Positions 41,368 to 51,656 of a stretch of DNA of 64,000 nt are shown piece after piece. The notes below the pieces were generated by a model. The model had not been told where the DNA came from. It ran no database searches and worked only from the letters and a program-made list of their open reading frames with translations. This DNA comes from an uncultured Pelagibacteraceae bacterium. GTDB taxonomy: Bacteria; Pseudomonadota; Alphaproteobacteria; Pelagibacterales; Pelagibacteraceae. The stretch spans positions 8,436 to 72,435 of the forward strand of contig CACGSR010000004.1 of assembly GCA_902575785.1 (NCBI GenBank). The letters are read 5' to 3'. The first letter of the stretch is position 1, and each line of letters starts with the position of its first letter. Position numbers and translations under genes: made by a program.

Positions 41368-42629
41368 TTTAAACTTAAAACTTCGGCAGCTCCATATAAA
41401 GATCCTGTGATCAACAAAAGATCACCTTCCTTCAAATTTATTGATTTAATAGCTTCCTCTATACTTGGTTGATATTGAACGTTTGGCATAGCTTTGAATT
41501 TTTTTTTTAAATCTTTGCCAGTTATAGAGTTAGGTTGACTCTTTAAATCTATAGTCGTAATTGATGAAACATCCTTAAAGTGACTAATATATTTTTCATG
41601 TTCTTTGTTAGCCATCATTGAAATAATGACATGTTTTTTACAATTAAGGGTTTTAAGATATTCATTTAAAACTCTTGCACCATCCTCGTTATGAGTTCCA
41701 TCAACTATCAGCTTATTATTTTTTACCAGAGCTTTTAATTTACCAGATTTGATCTCCTGCAGCCTTGCCAAATTAGATATTTTAGTAATTCCTTTTTTAA
41801 TATGTTCATCTTTGATAGACAGATTTAAGGATTTTAATGTTGCAATAGCAACTGATATATTATCTAGTTGGAATTGACCAGGAACGTTTGGCAATGGCAG
41901 CTTAAGTTTACCAAGTTCATCTTCATAATAGAAAAAATCATTATTATTAAATGAGTAACTAAAGTCATCATTAAAAAACTTTTTTCTTGATTCATTTTGA
42001 GAGATATTTCTTTTGATACAGTCCATAGTATGTTTTGTACTTTGTTTAGCAATAATTATATTTGAATTTAAAAGAGCAGATGTTTTTTCAAATACAATTT
42101 TTTCAATTGTTTGTTCGTTTTTTGAAAGCCAATCTGTGTGATCAATTGAACATGAACATATAACACTAGCTAAATTTTTTTTTAATATATTAGTAGCATC
42201 AAATCTATGAAACAAGCCAGCTTCTATTAGATTGATATTTTCAGGGTATTGAGCAGCCTTGTAAAAATAGGATGCAGTCAATATCTCAAAAAACGTAATA
42301 GGTTTATTATTATTTATGTCTTCTACCTCCTTAAATAAATTAGCTAACTCATCATCGCTTAATTCTTTATTATTAAATATAAATCTCTCGTTAATTCTCA
42401 GAATATGAGGACTTGTGTAAACATTACATTTATAATTAGCTTCTTTTAAAATAGAAAAGATAGCATTAATTGTGCTATTCTTACCATTAGTACCTACCAC
42501 AGAGATAGCTTTGATTTTATCTTGAGGATCGCCTAATTTTTTACAAAGTTCTTTAATACGATCAAGTGAAAGATCGATTTCTTTAGGATGCAACTTTTGA
42601 AAGTTGTGTAGTATTTTCTGAAGTTTCAT
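41364..42629 (-). CDS. folC: Folylpolyglutamate synthase/dihydrofolate synthase
   Basis: VGTNGK, YTSPH, TFFE, DATN, DGTHN, TGSLY. Confidence 0.95.
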   Translation of the reverse strand: MKLQKILHNFQKLHPKEIDLSLDRIKELCKKLGDPQDKIKAISVVGTNGKNSTINAIFSILKEANYKCNVYTSPHILRINERFIFNNKELSDDELANLFKEVEDINNNKPITFFEILTASYFYKAAQYPENINLIEAGLFHRFDATNILKKNLASVICSCSIDHTDWLSKNEQTIEKIVFEKTSALLNSNIIIAKQSTKHTMDCIKRNISQNESRKKFFNDDFSYSFNNNDFFYYEDELGKLKLPLPNVPGQFQLDNISVAIATLKSLNLSIKDEHIKKGITKISNLARLQEIKSGKLKALVKNNKLIVDGTHNEDGARVLNEYLKTLNCKKHVIISMMANKEHEKYISHFKDVSSITTIDLKSQPNSITGKDLKKKFKAMPNVQYQPSIEEAIKSINLKEGDLLLITGSLYGAAEVLSLN

Positions 42630-43512
42630 TTTGTTCAGAAATTATAGCAGAATTTTTGTTTAACAATATTGATAATAATGTACCTATTTTTTTTGAAAGT
42701 TCTTTTCTGTCAACTATTAAATCTACAAAACCTGTTTTTTCAACATATTCACTTTTTTGGAAACCCTCAGGCAAATCTTCTTTTACAGTTCCCTTTATAA
42801 CTCTTGCCCCTGCAAATGCAATTAGAGCACCTGGCTCAGCAAAATGAATATCACCTAACATTGCATATGATGCAGTGATACCACCTGCTGTAGGATCTGT
42901 AATACAAACTAAATATGGAAGTCCATTTTTTTTTAATTCATTTATTGCAAGGGTTGTTCTTGTCATTTGAGATAATGAAATTAAACTTTCCATCATTCTC
43001 ATTCCTCCACCAGCAGTAATACATAAAAAAGGTGTTTGGTTTTCAATAGCATGTTGTATTCCATATAAAAAGGCTTCACCCTCAGCAGCTGCCATTGAGG
43101 CACCTAAGAATTCAAAATCTGATGCTACTGCTGTAATTTTAATATTATTTATTGAACCAGATACAACCATCATTCCGCATTCCAAACCAGTTTTTTTTCG
43201 AGCATTTTTTAGTCTTTCCTTGTATGGTTTTGAGTCTGCCCAGTTTAATGGATCGTCTTTAGGAATAGGTGTTCTAAAAACTTCATAATTGTTTTTTCCA
43301 AATATAATATCAAATCTTTGCTTTGGTTTGATTCTATGATGCTTATTACAATCAGGGCAAACCCAAAGATTTTTTTCTAAATCTTTTTTTAAAATTGGTC
43401 CCTTACAACAAGAAGTCCAATCACTATTTGCTATATCTTCTTTTGAAGCTCTTTTGTGAATAGCAGATTTAATTTTTTCACCTGCTTTAATAATTTTAGT
43501 AATCCAATTCAT
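42583..43512 (-). CDS. accD: Acetyl-CoA carboxylase carboxyltransferase beta
   Basis: FLGASM, GGMRMME, DPTAGGITAS, FAGARVI, PEGFQ. Confidence 0.95.
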   Translation of the reverse strand: MNWITKIIKAGEKIKSAIHKRASKEDIANSDWTSCCKGPILKKDLEKNLWVCPDCNKHHRIKPKQRFDIIFGKNNYEVFRTPIPKDDPLNWADSKPYKERLKNARKKTGLECGMMVVSGSINNIKITAVASDFEFLGASMAAAEGEAFLYGIQHAIENQTPFLCITAGGGMRMMESLISLSQMTRTTLAINELKKNGLPYLVCITDPTAGGITASYAMLGDIHFAEPGALIAFAGARVIKGTVKEDLPEGFQKSEYVEKTGFVDLIVDRKELSKKIGTLLSILLNKNSAIISEQNETSENTTQLSKVAS

Positions 43513-44312
43513 AAAATTTTATTTTTTAGTTTTTTTACTACATTAGTAACATTTATGACAGGATTTTGTCTTTTTTTTATAGAATTAGTTATTTCCTTAC
43601 ATATTGCACTTCCTACAACCAATCCATCAGCTTTTTTGAGGGATCCAATAGTGCTTTGTGTGATACCGAATCCTATAACAATATTCTTTGATTTTTTTAA
43701 ATTTTTAATTTTTTGGTATTCATTAATTATTTTCCTTGGTGAAATTTTAAGCTTTCCTCCAGTGGTAGATAACATGCTAATATAATAAACCATATCATGA
43801 GAGTCTTTCATTATCTTTTTTAATCTTGTTCTAGACGTAGTTGGTGAAATTAATTGAATAAAATTAATTCCTTTTTTCTTACACTTTAATGCAAAAGCTT
43901 TATTTTCAGGATAAGGTAAGTCAACAACTATTAGACCATCAATCATTGATCTTTTGCATCTTAAAATGAATTTATCCTCATTGAACTGATAAATCATATT
44001 ATAATAACCCATCAAGATGATTGGTTTATTCTTTTTCTCTTTTTTAAATTTGTGAGCAATTGAGAATACATCATTTATTTTAATTCCATTTTTAATCGCT
44101 CGATAAGAGCTTGTTTGAATTTGACCACCATCTGCTATTGGAGTATTATGTGGAAAACCTAGTTCACAAATATCAGCGTATTCAGAAATTGACATTAAAA
44201 TTTCTAAAGATTTTTTTTTTGTATTATCACCAGCTACTGTATAAGTTAAAAGAACAGGTCTATTTTCCATTTTAGCATTTTTAAAGGATTGAAGTATAAG
44301 TGAATTTGACAT
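43509..44312 (-). CDS. trpA: Tryptophan synthase alpha
   Basis: ELGFP..PIADG, LMGYYN, VDLP, GFGI, VVGSA. Confidence 0.95.
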   Translation of the reverse strand: MSNSLILQSFKNAKMENRPVLLTYTVAGDNTKKKSLEILMSISEYADICELGFPHNTPIADGGQIQTSSYRAIKNGIKINDVFSIAHKFKKEKKNKPIILMGYYNMIYQFNEDKFILRCKRSMIDGLIVVDLPYPENKAFALKCKKKGINFIQLISPTTSRTRLKKIMKDSHDMVYYISMLSTTGGKLKISPRKIINEYQKIKNLKKSKNIVIGFGITQSTIGSLKKADGLVVGSAICKEITNSIKKRQNPVINVTNVVKKLKNKIL

Positions 44313-45541
44313 TAAAATTTACCTAATCTCTCTTTTAGAATATCCCTATCTTTTTTTGCGTCGCCACATGAGTTTACTATTAAAATATTTTCATTATTTA
44401 ATTTGGGTGCAATTTTTATTGCTTCAGCAAAAGCATGACTTGGCTCTAAGCTAGGATTAAGATTTTCAAATTTTGTGACAAGTTTGTATGCTTCTAATGC
44501 AGCTTCATCAGTAGCGTATGTATATCGAGCTCTTTTTGCATCTTTGAGAAAACAATGGATTGGACTCACACCAGGATAATCTAATCCAGCACTAATAGAC
44601 TCTGTTTCGTGAATTTGACCTTCACGACTCTGACAGACATATGATGCTGCACCATGCAAAATTCCAATTTTTGCATTTGTACTTAAAGGAGCAGCATGTA
44701 ATTTTGATTTTTTTGGACCACCTGCTTCTACACCAATTAACTCAACTTGTTTTCTGTTGTAATCAATAAACTCACTCCAAAAACCATAGGCGGAACTTCC
44801 ACCACCCACACAATTAATTAACTTCAATTTTTTAGGGATTCTATTAAATTCTTTAAGTAATTGGCTTTTAAGTTCTTTTGAAATTTGTGAGGTAGAATAT
44901 CCACAAATTTTTACAAAAATATTAGGACCGACTGTTGAGCCTACACACATATGTGTGTTATCACAATTAGAAACCCAGTATCTCATACATTCACTTACCG
45001 CATCAACTAAAGTTTGGCTTCCTGAATATACAGGTATAATTTTTGCACCATTTTTTTTGATAGCATCACAATTAGGTTTTTGTCTTCTAATATCTTTTGC
45101 ACCCATAAAAATTTTACATTTTAAGCCAAATTTTTTTGCTGCCATGCTAAGCATTTTTCCTGCATACCCCGCACCGGTATCTCCAACAATGTATTTTTTA
45201 CCCATTGTTTTACAAATTAGCGCATGAACTGTTGCGTTATAAATTTTATGAGCTCCACCATTTGCTTCAGAGACTACTTTAGCCCAAATTTGCGCTCCTC
45301 CTAGGTGTCTAGAAAGGTTATCAAGTTTTATCAAAGGGGTTGGGGACCCTATGTAATTTTTAAAATAGTAATTTTTTTTTTTGATAAATTCTCTATTTTT
45401 TCTCAGTCTACGGAATTCGTCTGTTAAATCCTCAATAGGTTTTTTTAAAGTCTCGGGAATAAAACTCCCCCCAAATTTACCACCCCAAAATCCTTGCCTG
45501 TCGTGTTGATCAATTAAAGGAATGTTTTTTTTAAGTTTCAT
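44312..45541 (-). CDS. trpB: Tryptophan synthase beta (divergent)
   Basis: FGGSFIPETL, GAHK, CVGGGS, SISAGLDYPGVSP, LEPSHA. Confidence 0.93.
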   Translation of the reverse strand: MKLKKNIPLIDQHDRQGFWGGKFGGSFIPETLKKPIEDLTDEFRRLRKNREFIKKKNYYFKNYIGSPTPLIKLDNLSRHLGGAQIWAKVVSEANGGAHKIYNATVHALICKTMGKKYIVGDTGAGYAGKMLSMAAKKFGLKCKIFMGAKDIRRQKPNCDAIKKNGAKIIPVYSGSQTLVDAVSECMRYWVSNCDNTHMCVGSTVGPNIFVKICGYSTSQISKELKSQLLKEFNRIPKKLKLINCVGGGSSAYGFWSEFIDYNRKQVELIGVEAGGPKKSKLHAAPLSTNAKIGILHGAASYVCQSREGQIHETESISAGLDYPGVSPIHCFLKDAKRARYTYATDEAALEAYKLVTKFENLNPSLEPSHAFAEAIKIAPKLNNENILIVNSCGDAKKDRDILKERLGKF

Positions 45542-46160
45542 TATTTAAGTTTTTCATCTTATTTAAAAAAAATTCTATTTTGGAAATATCTTTTAATCCA
45601 GATGTTTCTAATCCTCCAGATATATCTATAATACCTGCTAATTTCTTAAATTTTTCAAGATTATCGTTAATTTGTATATTTCCAGCTAGCATTATCTCCT
45701 TATCAAATTCGACATCTTTGATCAGAGAATAATCAAAAGACATACTTTTTTCGTAACCTTTGCTGTCAAATAACAATATATCGGCAACATTTTTGTATAA
45801 CTTGTATTTTTTTACATCATTTTGGTTTTCAATAGTCAAAGCAACTATGATCTTTTTTTTATATTTTTCTTTTATATTATTAACTTGATATACACTGCAA
45901 TTATAAAGTTGATAATAGTCAAAGGGTAAGTCCTTTATCTCTTCAAGAGTATCATCATTAGGGTCTACTAAAACTGCTACATAAAAAGATTTTTTCTTAT
46001 CAATTTTAAGAATTTCTTTTAGTTTATCTATTTTTACAAATCTTTTTGATTTTGAATAATTCACAATAAAACCTATTAACTCAGGTGGGTTGATATGATT
46101 TGTTAGATAATTTAATGTCTTTGAATCAGAAACTCCACATATCTTAGATTTGAGTGTCAT
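45531..46160 (-). CDS. trpF: Phosphoribosylanthranilate isomerase
   Basis: KICGV, SKRFV, LFDS, LAG, DISGGLE..GLKD. Confidence 0.9.
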   Translation of the reverse strand: MTLKSKICGVSDSKTLNYLTNHINPPELIGFIVNYSKSKRFVKIDKLKEILKIDKKKSFYVAVLVDPNDDTLEEIKDLPFDYYQLYNCSVYQVNNIKEKYKKKIIVALTIENQNDVKKYKLYKNVADILLFDSKGYEKSMSFDYSLIKDVEFDKEIMLAGNIQINDNLEKFKKLAGIIDISGGLETSGLKDISKIEFFLNKMKNLNNET

Positions 46161-46831
46161 ACTTCCAGATGGTCAATTAATGAAAGCATATTTCTTCTAA
46201 TATTGCCTTTTGTTATTGGCCTTCCTATGACTAACCAGTCGCTACCATTTTTATAAGCTTGTTTTGGAGTTAAAACTCTCTTTTGATCATTTGTTTTGGT
46301 ATTAAATCTAATACCAGGTGTGATTATTTCTTTTTTGAAAACCCTTTTAACTATACTTACCTCTTGTGGACTACACACTATAGCATCTAATTTTGCTTTA
46401 TTTGCTAGCTTAGCCTGATGATACACCACTTTCTTTATTTGTTTATCAAATCCTATTTCTTTTAACTCCTTGTTACCTAAAGAAGTTAAAATTGTAACAC
46501 CAGTTAACTTGGTTTTTGCAGTAATTTTTTTACAAGCTCTAAGAGCGTTCAGACCACTACTAATATGTATTGTTAAATAGTTTATTCTTAAATCTTTAAT
46601 AGCTTTAATTGTTGAAACACAAGTGTTAGGTATATCGTGAAGTTTTAGATCTGCAAAAGTAATTTTATTTTTTAGCTTTGATAAGAAACCTCTACCTTTT
46701 TTAGAGTTTAAAAATTCTAATCCAAATTTATAACCAATTTTAATTTTTGAATTTTGTGTTTCTCTGATTATTTTATTTATTTTAGAAATTTTAGAACTAT
46801 CACAAGCAATAAATATTTTATTCTTTTGCAT
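46157..46831 (-). CDS. pyrF: Orotidine-5'-phosphate decarboxylase
   Basis: DLKLHDIPNT, VTILTS, TPGIR, DQKR, VIGRPIT. Confidence 0.96.
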   Translation of the reverse strand: MQKNKIFIACDSSKISKINKIIRETQNSKIKIGYKFGLEFLNSKKGRGFLSKLKNKITFADLKLHDIPNTCVSTIKAIKDLRINYLTIHISSGLNALRACKKITAKTKLTGVTILTSLGNKELKEIGFDKQIKKVVYHQAKLANKAKLDAIVCSPQEVSIVKRVFKKEIITPGIRFNTKTNDQKRVLTPKQAYKNGSDWLVIGRPITKGNIRRNMLSLIDHLEV

Positions 46832-47111
46832 TATTTATTTTTTTAAACAAATCTTTAGACATTTTAAAGTGAATTGTTTTTTTCTTTGGGGTATTTACTT
46901 TTTCACCAGTTTTGGGATTTCTAGATATTCTAGCTTTTTGAATATTTGTTGAAAAAACCCCAAATCCCCTCAATTCAACTCTTTCCCCTCTTTTCAAGGT
47001 CTCTTTAATTTCTTTGAGAATAATATTGACAAATTTTTCTATATCTTTTTGCAAAAAATTTGGAAAATTTTTTGATAGTTTCTTTAAAATTTTTGATTTA
47101 GCGACAGCCAA
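46818..47111 (-). CDS. ihfB: Integration host factor beta
   Basis: GERVELRGFG, RNPKTGE, HFK; follows rpsA. Confidence 0.9.
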   Translation of the reverse strand: MAVAKSKILKKLSKNFPNFLQKDIEKFVNIILKEIKETLKRGERVELRGFGVFSTNIQKARISRNPKTGEKVNTPKKKTIHFKMSKDLFKKINNAKE

Positions 47112-47124
47112 TTTATATTTTTAA

Positions 47125-48852
47125 TTATTTATCCTCAGTCTTTTTTTTTTTAAGATCCTCAGATAAAGATGAGAATGGTAAATTCTTACCTGAACCCTCA
47201 GAACCATATTTTTCTAAAGCCTCTTTTTTCTCTATTTCTTCTAATAGTTTAATACTTAAATTAACTTTTCTTTTTTTTAGATCTAGTTCCTGAATTGCAC
47301 AATCTATTCTTTCACCTCCAGTAAATCTTGATGGCCTTGCATCTGCTGCATTGATTGCAATTTGAGATTTTTTTATTAAAAAATCCATTTCGCATCCCTC
47401 TGGCCTAACTATAAGACCCTTATTATCTGCTGATATGATTTTAACTGTTATCGTTTGATTAATATTTTTATCTTTGAAAAATTCAAAAGGGTCAGTTTTA
47501 GTTTGCCTTAGACCAACTCGTACCTTTTGTTCCGAAGTCTTTATCTCTAAAACCTTAACTTTTATTTTATCATTTTTTTTATATTTCTCTAATTCCTCTT
47601 CACCGTTGTTTAGATATGTCAAATCATTGCAATGAAGGAAAGCATCTATATCGATATCTTTTATTTTTACAAAAAGAGAGTATTCATTTTTATTAACTAC
47701 TTCACCTTCAACTATACTTCCGACAGGGTATTTTTTTTCGAAAACATCAAAAGGGTTTTCTTTTGTAAGTCTGTGTGAGATCGCAACTCTTCTTTTCTCT
47801 TTATCTATTTCGGTAATAACGCAGTCTATTTCGTCTCCAACTTTAAACATTTTTTTTACTGAAAGATTTTTCTTAGTCCAGCTTAACTCACTTGAATGAA
47901 GCAATGTGGTTAGGCCTGGTTCTAGTTCTGCAAATGCACCAAAATCCATTAATTTAATTATCTTAACTTTATAAACTTTATTCAATTCGTAGTTATCTAT
48001 ATGTTCAAATGGATCAGGTGATAATTGTTTAACGGAACATCCAACTTGAAGTTTTTCCTTATCAACCGAGATTACTTTTAAATCATGTTTTTCCCCAATA
48101 TTAAAAACTTCATCAGGATGGTTTACTCTTGAATATGAAATTTCTTGTAAATGAACTAATACATCAAGCTCTCCATTAACATTGAAAAAACATCCAAAAG
48201 AACTGTAACCTTTTACCTCTGCATTTTTGATTATATCTCCCACTTTATATTTCTCCACAATTTTTGCTTTATCCTCTTTTTTAAATGATGATATAATTTC
48301 TTTTCTCGAAACACACGCATTGCCTCTGACTTTATCTAATTTAATTAAAGCAAATTTTTGAGGTTCATTCATAAGATGACTGATATCCTTCAAAGGTTTA
48401 TCAGAAATTTGAGAACCAGGAAGAAACATTAAAGATCCGGTATCAATATGTTCTACTATGCAGCCACCCTTACATTTAGATTGAATTCTACCCATTATTG
48501 GTTCATTTTTTTCATAAGCCTCCACAAGTTTATCCCATCCCTTAATTTTTTTTGCTTTACTGGCAGACACAACAACCTCACCATTTTTATCCTCAATTCT
48601 TTCTAATAAAACTGAAATTGTTTCACCAACCTTAATTTTTTCAGAAAGACCCATACCTTTTAGTTCATTAATATCTAAGACAGGTTCACTTTTTAAACCT
48701 TCTACAAATAAAAAAACAAATTTTTCTGTTATCTTATTTATTTTACCTTCAATTATTTTACCCTCTTCAATCTTGGTTTTTGATAATTGATTATTTAAAA
48801 GTTGCTCAAATTCTTTTGACTGGGGTGTATTTAAATCTTTATATAATTCCAT
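47125..48852 (-). CDS. rpsA: 30S ribosomal protein S1
   Basis: Repeated S1 domains (FLPGSQ, FGAFAEL, H.SELSW, VNLSIK). Confidence 0.96.
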   Translation of the reverse strand: MELYKDLNTPQSKEFEQLLNNQLSKTKIEEGKIIEGKINKITEKFVFLFVEGLKSEPVLDINELKGMGLSEKIKVGETISVLLERIEDKNGEVVVSASKAKKIKGWDKLVEAYEKNEPIMGRIQSKCKGGCIVEHIDTGSLMFLPGSQISDKPLKDISHLMNEPQKFALIKLDKVRGNACVSRKEIISSFKKEDKAKIVEKYKVGDIIKNAEVKGYSSFGCFFNVNGELDVLVHLQEISYSRVNHPDEVFNIGEKHDLKVISVDKEKLQVGCSVKQLSPDPFEHIDNYELNKVYKVKIIKLMDFGAFAELEPGLTTLLHSSELSWTKKNLSVKKMFKVGDEIDCVITEIDKEKRRVAISHRLTKENPFDVFEKKYPVGSIVEGEVVNKNEYSLFVKIKDIDIDAFLHCNDLTYLNNGEEELEKYKKNDKIKVKVLEIKTSEQKVRVGLRQTKTDPFEFFKDKNINQTITVKIISADNKGLIVRPEGCEMDFLIKKSQIAINAADARPSRFTGGERIDCAIQELDLKKRKVNLSIKLLEEIEKKEALEKYGSEGSGKNLPFSSLSEDLKKKKTEDK

Positions 48853-48858
48853 AGTTTA

Positions 48859-48879
48859 ATGCTTTTATTTTAAAAGCAT
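48859..48879 (-). promoter_or_regulatory. Hairpin immediately upstream of the rpsA start
   Basis: ATGCTTTTA-ttt-TAAAAGCAT, 6 nt before the ATG; no Shine-Dalgarno seen. Confidence 0.4.
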
Positions 48880-48973
48880 GCCCTTCTACTGAAAAATAAG
48901 ATATTTATCAATAGTAAATCTCACATATTTCAATATACTAGAATAAGCATATATATATTGGAAATATTATGTT

Positions 48974-50293
48974 TTAAGCCTTTATTTTTTTTAAAGTTTC
49001 TAAAAATTTAGGAAACGAAGTTTTGATAGAATTACAATCATGTATTTTCCATTCTCCCCCAAATGTAAGTGCAGCAACAACGCTCATCATAAATACTCTG
49101 TGATCTTTTAAAAAATTCTTAATTATAATCTTTTTATTAAAATTATGATTTGGATTTCCATAAATTTTAATTGAACTTTTAGTTAAAATATTTTTAATTC
49201 CCAATAGGTTTAGAATCTTCGAAGCCCATATGAGTCTGGGACTCTCCTTTTGATTTAATTCTGATAAGTTCTTAAAATAAGAGATACCTCTAGATTTTGC
49301 TGCAACTAAAAAGATTACTAAAAATTCATCAATTGCACTGCTATTATAATTAGTAGGACAATTTATTCCTTTAAGATTCTTTGAACTTTTTACAAAAATA
49401 TCTGAAATTTTTTCTCCTTTATAAGTCCTTTGATTTATAAATTTTATTTTTGCACCCATCATTTTTAGTATTTTAATAACACCTGTTCTCGAGGGATTTA
49501 TATTTATATTTTTAATTAATAATTCTGAGTTTTTCGTCAACAAAGTTAAAACAATGAAAAAAGCACATGAGCTTATGTCACCCGGTATTCTATAGTTAAG
49601 AGGTTTAATCTTATTAATACCATTAAGCCTAATATGGTCAAAATTTCTACCTTTTTTAATTTTAATTGGAATATTTAAATGTTTAAATATTAGCTCTGTA
49701 TGATCTCGAGATTTTTTTGCTTTAATTTTTGTTGTTCCTTTGGACTTAAGTGCTGCAAGCATTATAGTTGTCTTACATTGTGCAGAACCTTTATTTTCTA
49801 AATAATTTATTTTGCTTGGATTCTCTAATCCCTTCATTTCTATAGGAAGCCTTTTGTATTTATCAAATTTTGCTCCAAATTTTTTTAATGGCAGAGTAAC
49901 TCTTGAAAAATCTCTTTTTGATAAACTTTTATCCCCTATCAACTTTATTTTTCTTTTTGAGTTTATTAACAATCCAAGTATTATTCTTCCAAGGGTACCA
50001 GAATTTCCTGCATTCAAAATTATTTTTTTTTTATTTTTTAAATTTTGAAAATCAAATCCATGTCCAGTTATTTCACATCTATTTTTAAAAATCTTTACTT
50101 TTGACCCTAAAGTCTTTATGCACTTAATTGCACTTAAAACATCTTCAGATTTTAAAAGGTTATAAGCTATTGATTTTTTTTTCGATAAAGAAGAGATAAT
50201 TACCCATCTGATTGATAAACTTTTATCTCCCTCAACATTAATTTTTTTATTAAAAGAGTCTATTTTTCTATTTATTATTATAAATTTTTCCAT
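48974..50293 (-). CDS. aroA: EPSP synthase
   Basis: GDKSLSIR, GNSGT, SAQCK, RDHTE, PGDISS, IDE, KESPRL, DHR, TSFP. Confidence 0.95.
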   Translation of the reverse strand: MEKFIIINRKIDSFNKKINVEGDKSLSIRWVIISSLSKKKSIAYNLLKSEDVLSAIKCIKTLGSKVKIFKNRCEITGHGFDFQNLKNKKKIILNAGNSGTLGRIILGLLINSKRKIKLIGDKSLSKRDFSRVTLPLKKFGAKFDKYKRLPIEMKGLENPSKINYLENKGSAQCKTTIMLAALKSKGTTKIKAKKSRDHTELIFKHLNIPIKIKKGRNFDHIRLNGINKIKPLNYRIPGDISSCAFFIVLTLLTKNSELLIKNININPSRTGVIKILKMMGAKIKFINQRTYKGEKISDIFVKSSKNLKGINCPTNYNSSAIDEFLVIFLVAAKSRGISYFKNLSELNQKESPRLIWASKILNLLGIKNILTKSSIKIYGNPNHNFNKKIIIKNFLKDHRVFMMSVVAALTFGGEWKIHDCNSIKTSFPKFLETLKKIKA

Positions 50294-50311
50294 GCAGTAT
50301 AATTTTTGAGA

Positions 50312-51088
50312 TTAATTGTTAAAGAAATCACCAAAGTATTGAGATTTAGCCTTTTCATCTTTAATAAGTTTATTAGGTGAACCTTCTGCTATTATCTTTG
50401 AATTAGATAAAATCATAGCTCTATCCACTATTGATAAAAGTTCCCGTGCTTGATGCTCACAAACAACAATACAAATTTTAGGATTTTCGTTTTGAAGATT
50501 GACCAGAATTTCTTTCAGCATATGTATGGTAAGAACGTCTAGTGCAGCAAAAACCTCGTCACATAAAAGGATCTTTGGGTCACTTAGCAAAGCCATACAT
50601 ATTACTAATTTACGTCTTTGACCTCCTGATAAAAATTTGGCTTTTATTTCCCTGACATTATCTAATGCGAATTTAGAAATCATGTAATCAATTTTTATTT
50701 GTCTATCTCTTTCATTTTCTATTAAAATTTCTCCAACTGCTTTTAAATTTTCTATTAAAGTTAAGTCATGAAAATATCCACCGTATTGTGGAACATATCC
50801 AATCTTAAATTTTTTAGCTCTTTCATAGATCGGATAATTAGTAGCATCAATATTTGCGATAAAAACTTTACCAAAATCTGGTTTTATCAAACCTATAAGA
50901 AGATTAAATAACGTGCTTTTGCCTGCACCATTTGGTCCTAAAAGTCCAACAATTTCACCAGAATTTAATTCAAAATTAATATTATCTAAAATTTGTCTTT
51001 TGCCAAAAGATAATGAGACCTTTTCAAGTTTTGCTACTGGTTTTTTAACTTTAAACTCTTTAATTCTAAATTTTTTAATTAGCGCCAT
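50312..51088 (-). CDS. lptB: LPS export ABC transporter ATPase
   Basis: GPNGAGKST, IGYVPQ, LSGGQRR, DE.FAALD; downstream of lptC/kdsD. Confidence 0.9.
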   Translation of the reverse strand: MALIKKFRIKEFKVKKPVAKLEKVSLSFGKRQILDNINFELNSGEIVGLLGPNGAGKSTLFNLLIGLIKPDFGKVFIANIDATNYPIYERAKKFKIGYVPQYGGYFHDLTLIENLKAVGEILIENERDRQIKIDYMISKFALDNVREIKAKFLSGGQRRKLVICMALLSDPKILLCDEVFAALDVLTIHMLKEILVNLQNENPKICIVVCEHQARELLSIVDRAMILSNSKIIAEGSPNKLIKDEKAKSQYFGDFFNN

Positions 51089-51656
51089 TATCTTTATAAA
51101 CTATTTTAACTTTATCCTGACTATTTGCCATTGATGTTTTAGTTGTTCTTGAAACCAAATCAACCTTCATTTGATCAGCAAATAAACTTGTCAATAAATT
51201 GTTATAAACTAAATTTCCAGACAAAATAGCATAATTCTCTGAAAATTTTACAATTATATTTTTACAAGAAATCTTATTATCTTTATAATCAAGTTTAACG
51301 TTATTCAAGAATTCGGTATCATAATTATTTATGTTATAGATTGCTTTTTCAGATGTAACTTTAATTAATTGATCTTTATCAAAATTTATTTCCGCTTCAA
51401 CATCAATCAGATAAATAATATCAGGATTTTCTTCATTTATTGTACCGCTTTTTGACTCTATTAGATAAGTATTACCCCTCACATCTCTGGAGAAATATTG
51501 TATCCCCTCAATTAAATTGTTTTCAACTTCTTTTTTTTTGACTTCTTCTTTTGATACTATTTTTTTTTCTTTGTTGACAGTTTGATTAAAAAGAATAATT
51601 GAAAATGCAAATATTAGAAAAATTAAAAATACTTGCAAAAAAACTTTTTTTTTCAT
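51075..51656 (-). CDS. lptC: LptC-like LPS transport protein
   Basis: N-terminal TM plus beta-strand-rich body; position between kdsD and lptB. Confidence 0.75.
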   Translation of the reverse strand: MKKKVFLQVFLIFLIFAFSIILFNQTVNKEKKIVSKEEVKKKEVENNLIEGIQYFSRDVRGNTYLIESKSGTINEENPDIIYLIDVEAEINFDKDQLIKVTSEKAIYNINNYDTEFLNNVKLDYKDNKISCKNIIVKFSENYAILSGNLVYNNLLTSLFADQMKVDLVSRTTKTSMANSQDKVKIVYKDNGAN

